Positions 62,437 to 64,000 of a stretch of 64,000 nt of DNA are shown here, piece after piece (position 1 is the first letter of the stretch; each line of letters begins with the position of its first letter). This stretch comes from Chrysomallon squamiferum (lineage: Eukaryota; Animalia; Mollusca): positions 2,976,001 to 3,040,000 of the forward strand of contig CM022667.1 of the NCBI GenBank assembly GCA_012295275.1, given 5' to 3'. The position numbers were made by a program, and so were the translations under genes. A model generated the notes under the pieces. That model did no database searches. It was not told where the DNA came from and saw nothing but the letters and a program-made list of their open reading frames with translations.

Positions 62437-64000
62437 ATAATAATAATTACTTTTAAAAGCTAGAATAGAAAATATCAAATTAAAAACATTAAAAATCATT
62501 AAAAAAAATTCGGTATCAATACAGCCACATATTACGCCCTAATTCGTTGGTGAATCATTTTAATTTGTGATAAATAAATATTTTATTAAAAATACACTTA
62601 ATGCGATTTTTAATTTCAAATTTCGCGGCTTAGTATATTTTCGCGTCTGGTTATTTTTAACTTGGTACAGAATAATTATTTTAGTTTAACGCACTCAATG
62701 TATTTATAGCTATAATACATCATATCCTTTAACAAAAAGCATCTTTTAATGCTTCCTTACTATAAGCAGTAAAAACAAACATACATGACAGTTATCTGTG
62801 AAAAATAGAATCATGCATAACAATCTATCACTGTCAGACTTATGTTTGTTTTAGCATTAACGTTAAGTGACAAATGAAGGTCAAAACGTGTTACTATTAT
62901 TATAAAGTTCAGCATCAGTGACAGAATAGTTTATTATAATACATAATAGTGTAAGTAGTAATGTCGACTGCTTCTCAACTTATGAAGACAAGTTACATTA
63001 GTTTACAAATGAAACTTACTACTGAAATTAATTACGGCTCTGATTTGAATTCCAAATAAATAATTATATATATATATATATATATAAGGATAATTATAAC
63101 AAAAAAAGGCCGATTTCAAAATTATTTTGTACACGTTTTTCAATTATACACATGCTTATTCACAAAAAGACTATTAAAAAAAAATAATAATAAAAAAAAA
63201 AAAATTGATAAAACAAATCAAATGATCATATCATGTAACACTGTCGCATAATATCATATTGCACGCCTAACGCACTATTTTCTAAGCTTATTATATAAGC
63301 ATAGCGGTATACATAGAGAGAGTTACGTAATAGCATGCAGGGACGACATATATTAACGTGCTTCTTTTTAAATATACAAGATTATGTTTTCCAGTTATGG
63401 AGACTAATATAAAGGTTAGTCTGCCCTTTAGCATGCAAATTAAAAACATCACGAAAATAACACATTATTCAGAACATTTGTTTTATCTAAAATCTATGCC
63501 TCGGATGTGTTTTTTAAATAGCGTAATCGACTATGATTCGCTATTATGTAATCGGAATATTGTGTTAGGTTTGAACCATCAGTCGTAACGATTGATGTCC
63601 GTGGCCGTGCGCATCTGTCATACATCAAATTACATGTGCTTAAGCTTGCTTTTTCGTGAGCCTGTGTGCATTACACACACACACACACGTATATGTTTTA
63701 TGTTTATGTTTGTGTATGTATATGCATATACATATGTACGTACACATACACATATACATACATACTTGCATACATAAAATTGTGTAAACAGTGTACGTAA
63801 TTATGTTTTTACAAACACAAATGCGGGTTAACAGCTCAGGAGGTCTGTAATTGAACTTTGCTCTAGTTCAGGCAGTTTACTGATGCAAGATCAACATTCT
63901 TCCAACACCTGTGTTTACATATACCGAGTGCATCTTTCAACACAGGGGCGAAATTTGATGACGACACTTAATACGCATGTCCATGACACAACTAGAGTAG

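Overview
AT-rich, microsatellite-rich animal genomic DNA with GT-AG introns, probably an invertebrate (lophotrochozoan/mollusc-like; this is inference only). Five protein-coding genes were rebuilt exon by exon. (1) A p107/p130-type retinoblastoma-like gene (+, 24 coding exons, ~1054 aa) with tandem E2F sites upstream. (2) An ALPK1-like gene (-, at least 10 exons, at least 917 aa) with both the helical nucleotide-sugar (ADP-heptose)-sensing N-terminal domain and the C-terminal alpha-kinase domain. (3) A small secreted two-ShKT-domain peptide (-, 98 aa). (4) NDUFAF6 (-, 10 exons, 322 aa). (5) The last exon of FAM210B (-). The most interesting signal is the ALPK1-like sensor. Its predicted ligand pocket is remodelled, including Leu at the position of the human ROSAH T237M variant, and its ATP-binding loop is degenerate. 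It sits next to the ShKT peptide in a CpG-rich block between CpG-poor housekeeping genes. A second recurring pattern is local tandem duplication of splice sites. Comparisons to human proteins come from recalled sequences aligned by eye and need formal alignment. Most ORF-track entries are low-complexity artefacts.
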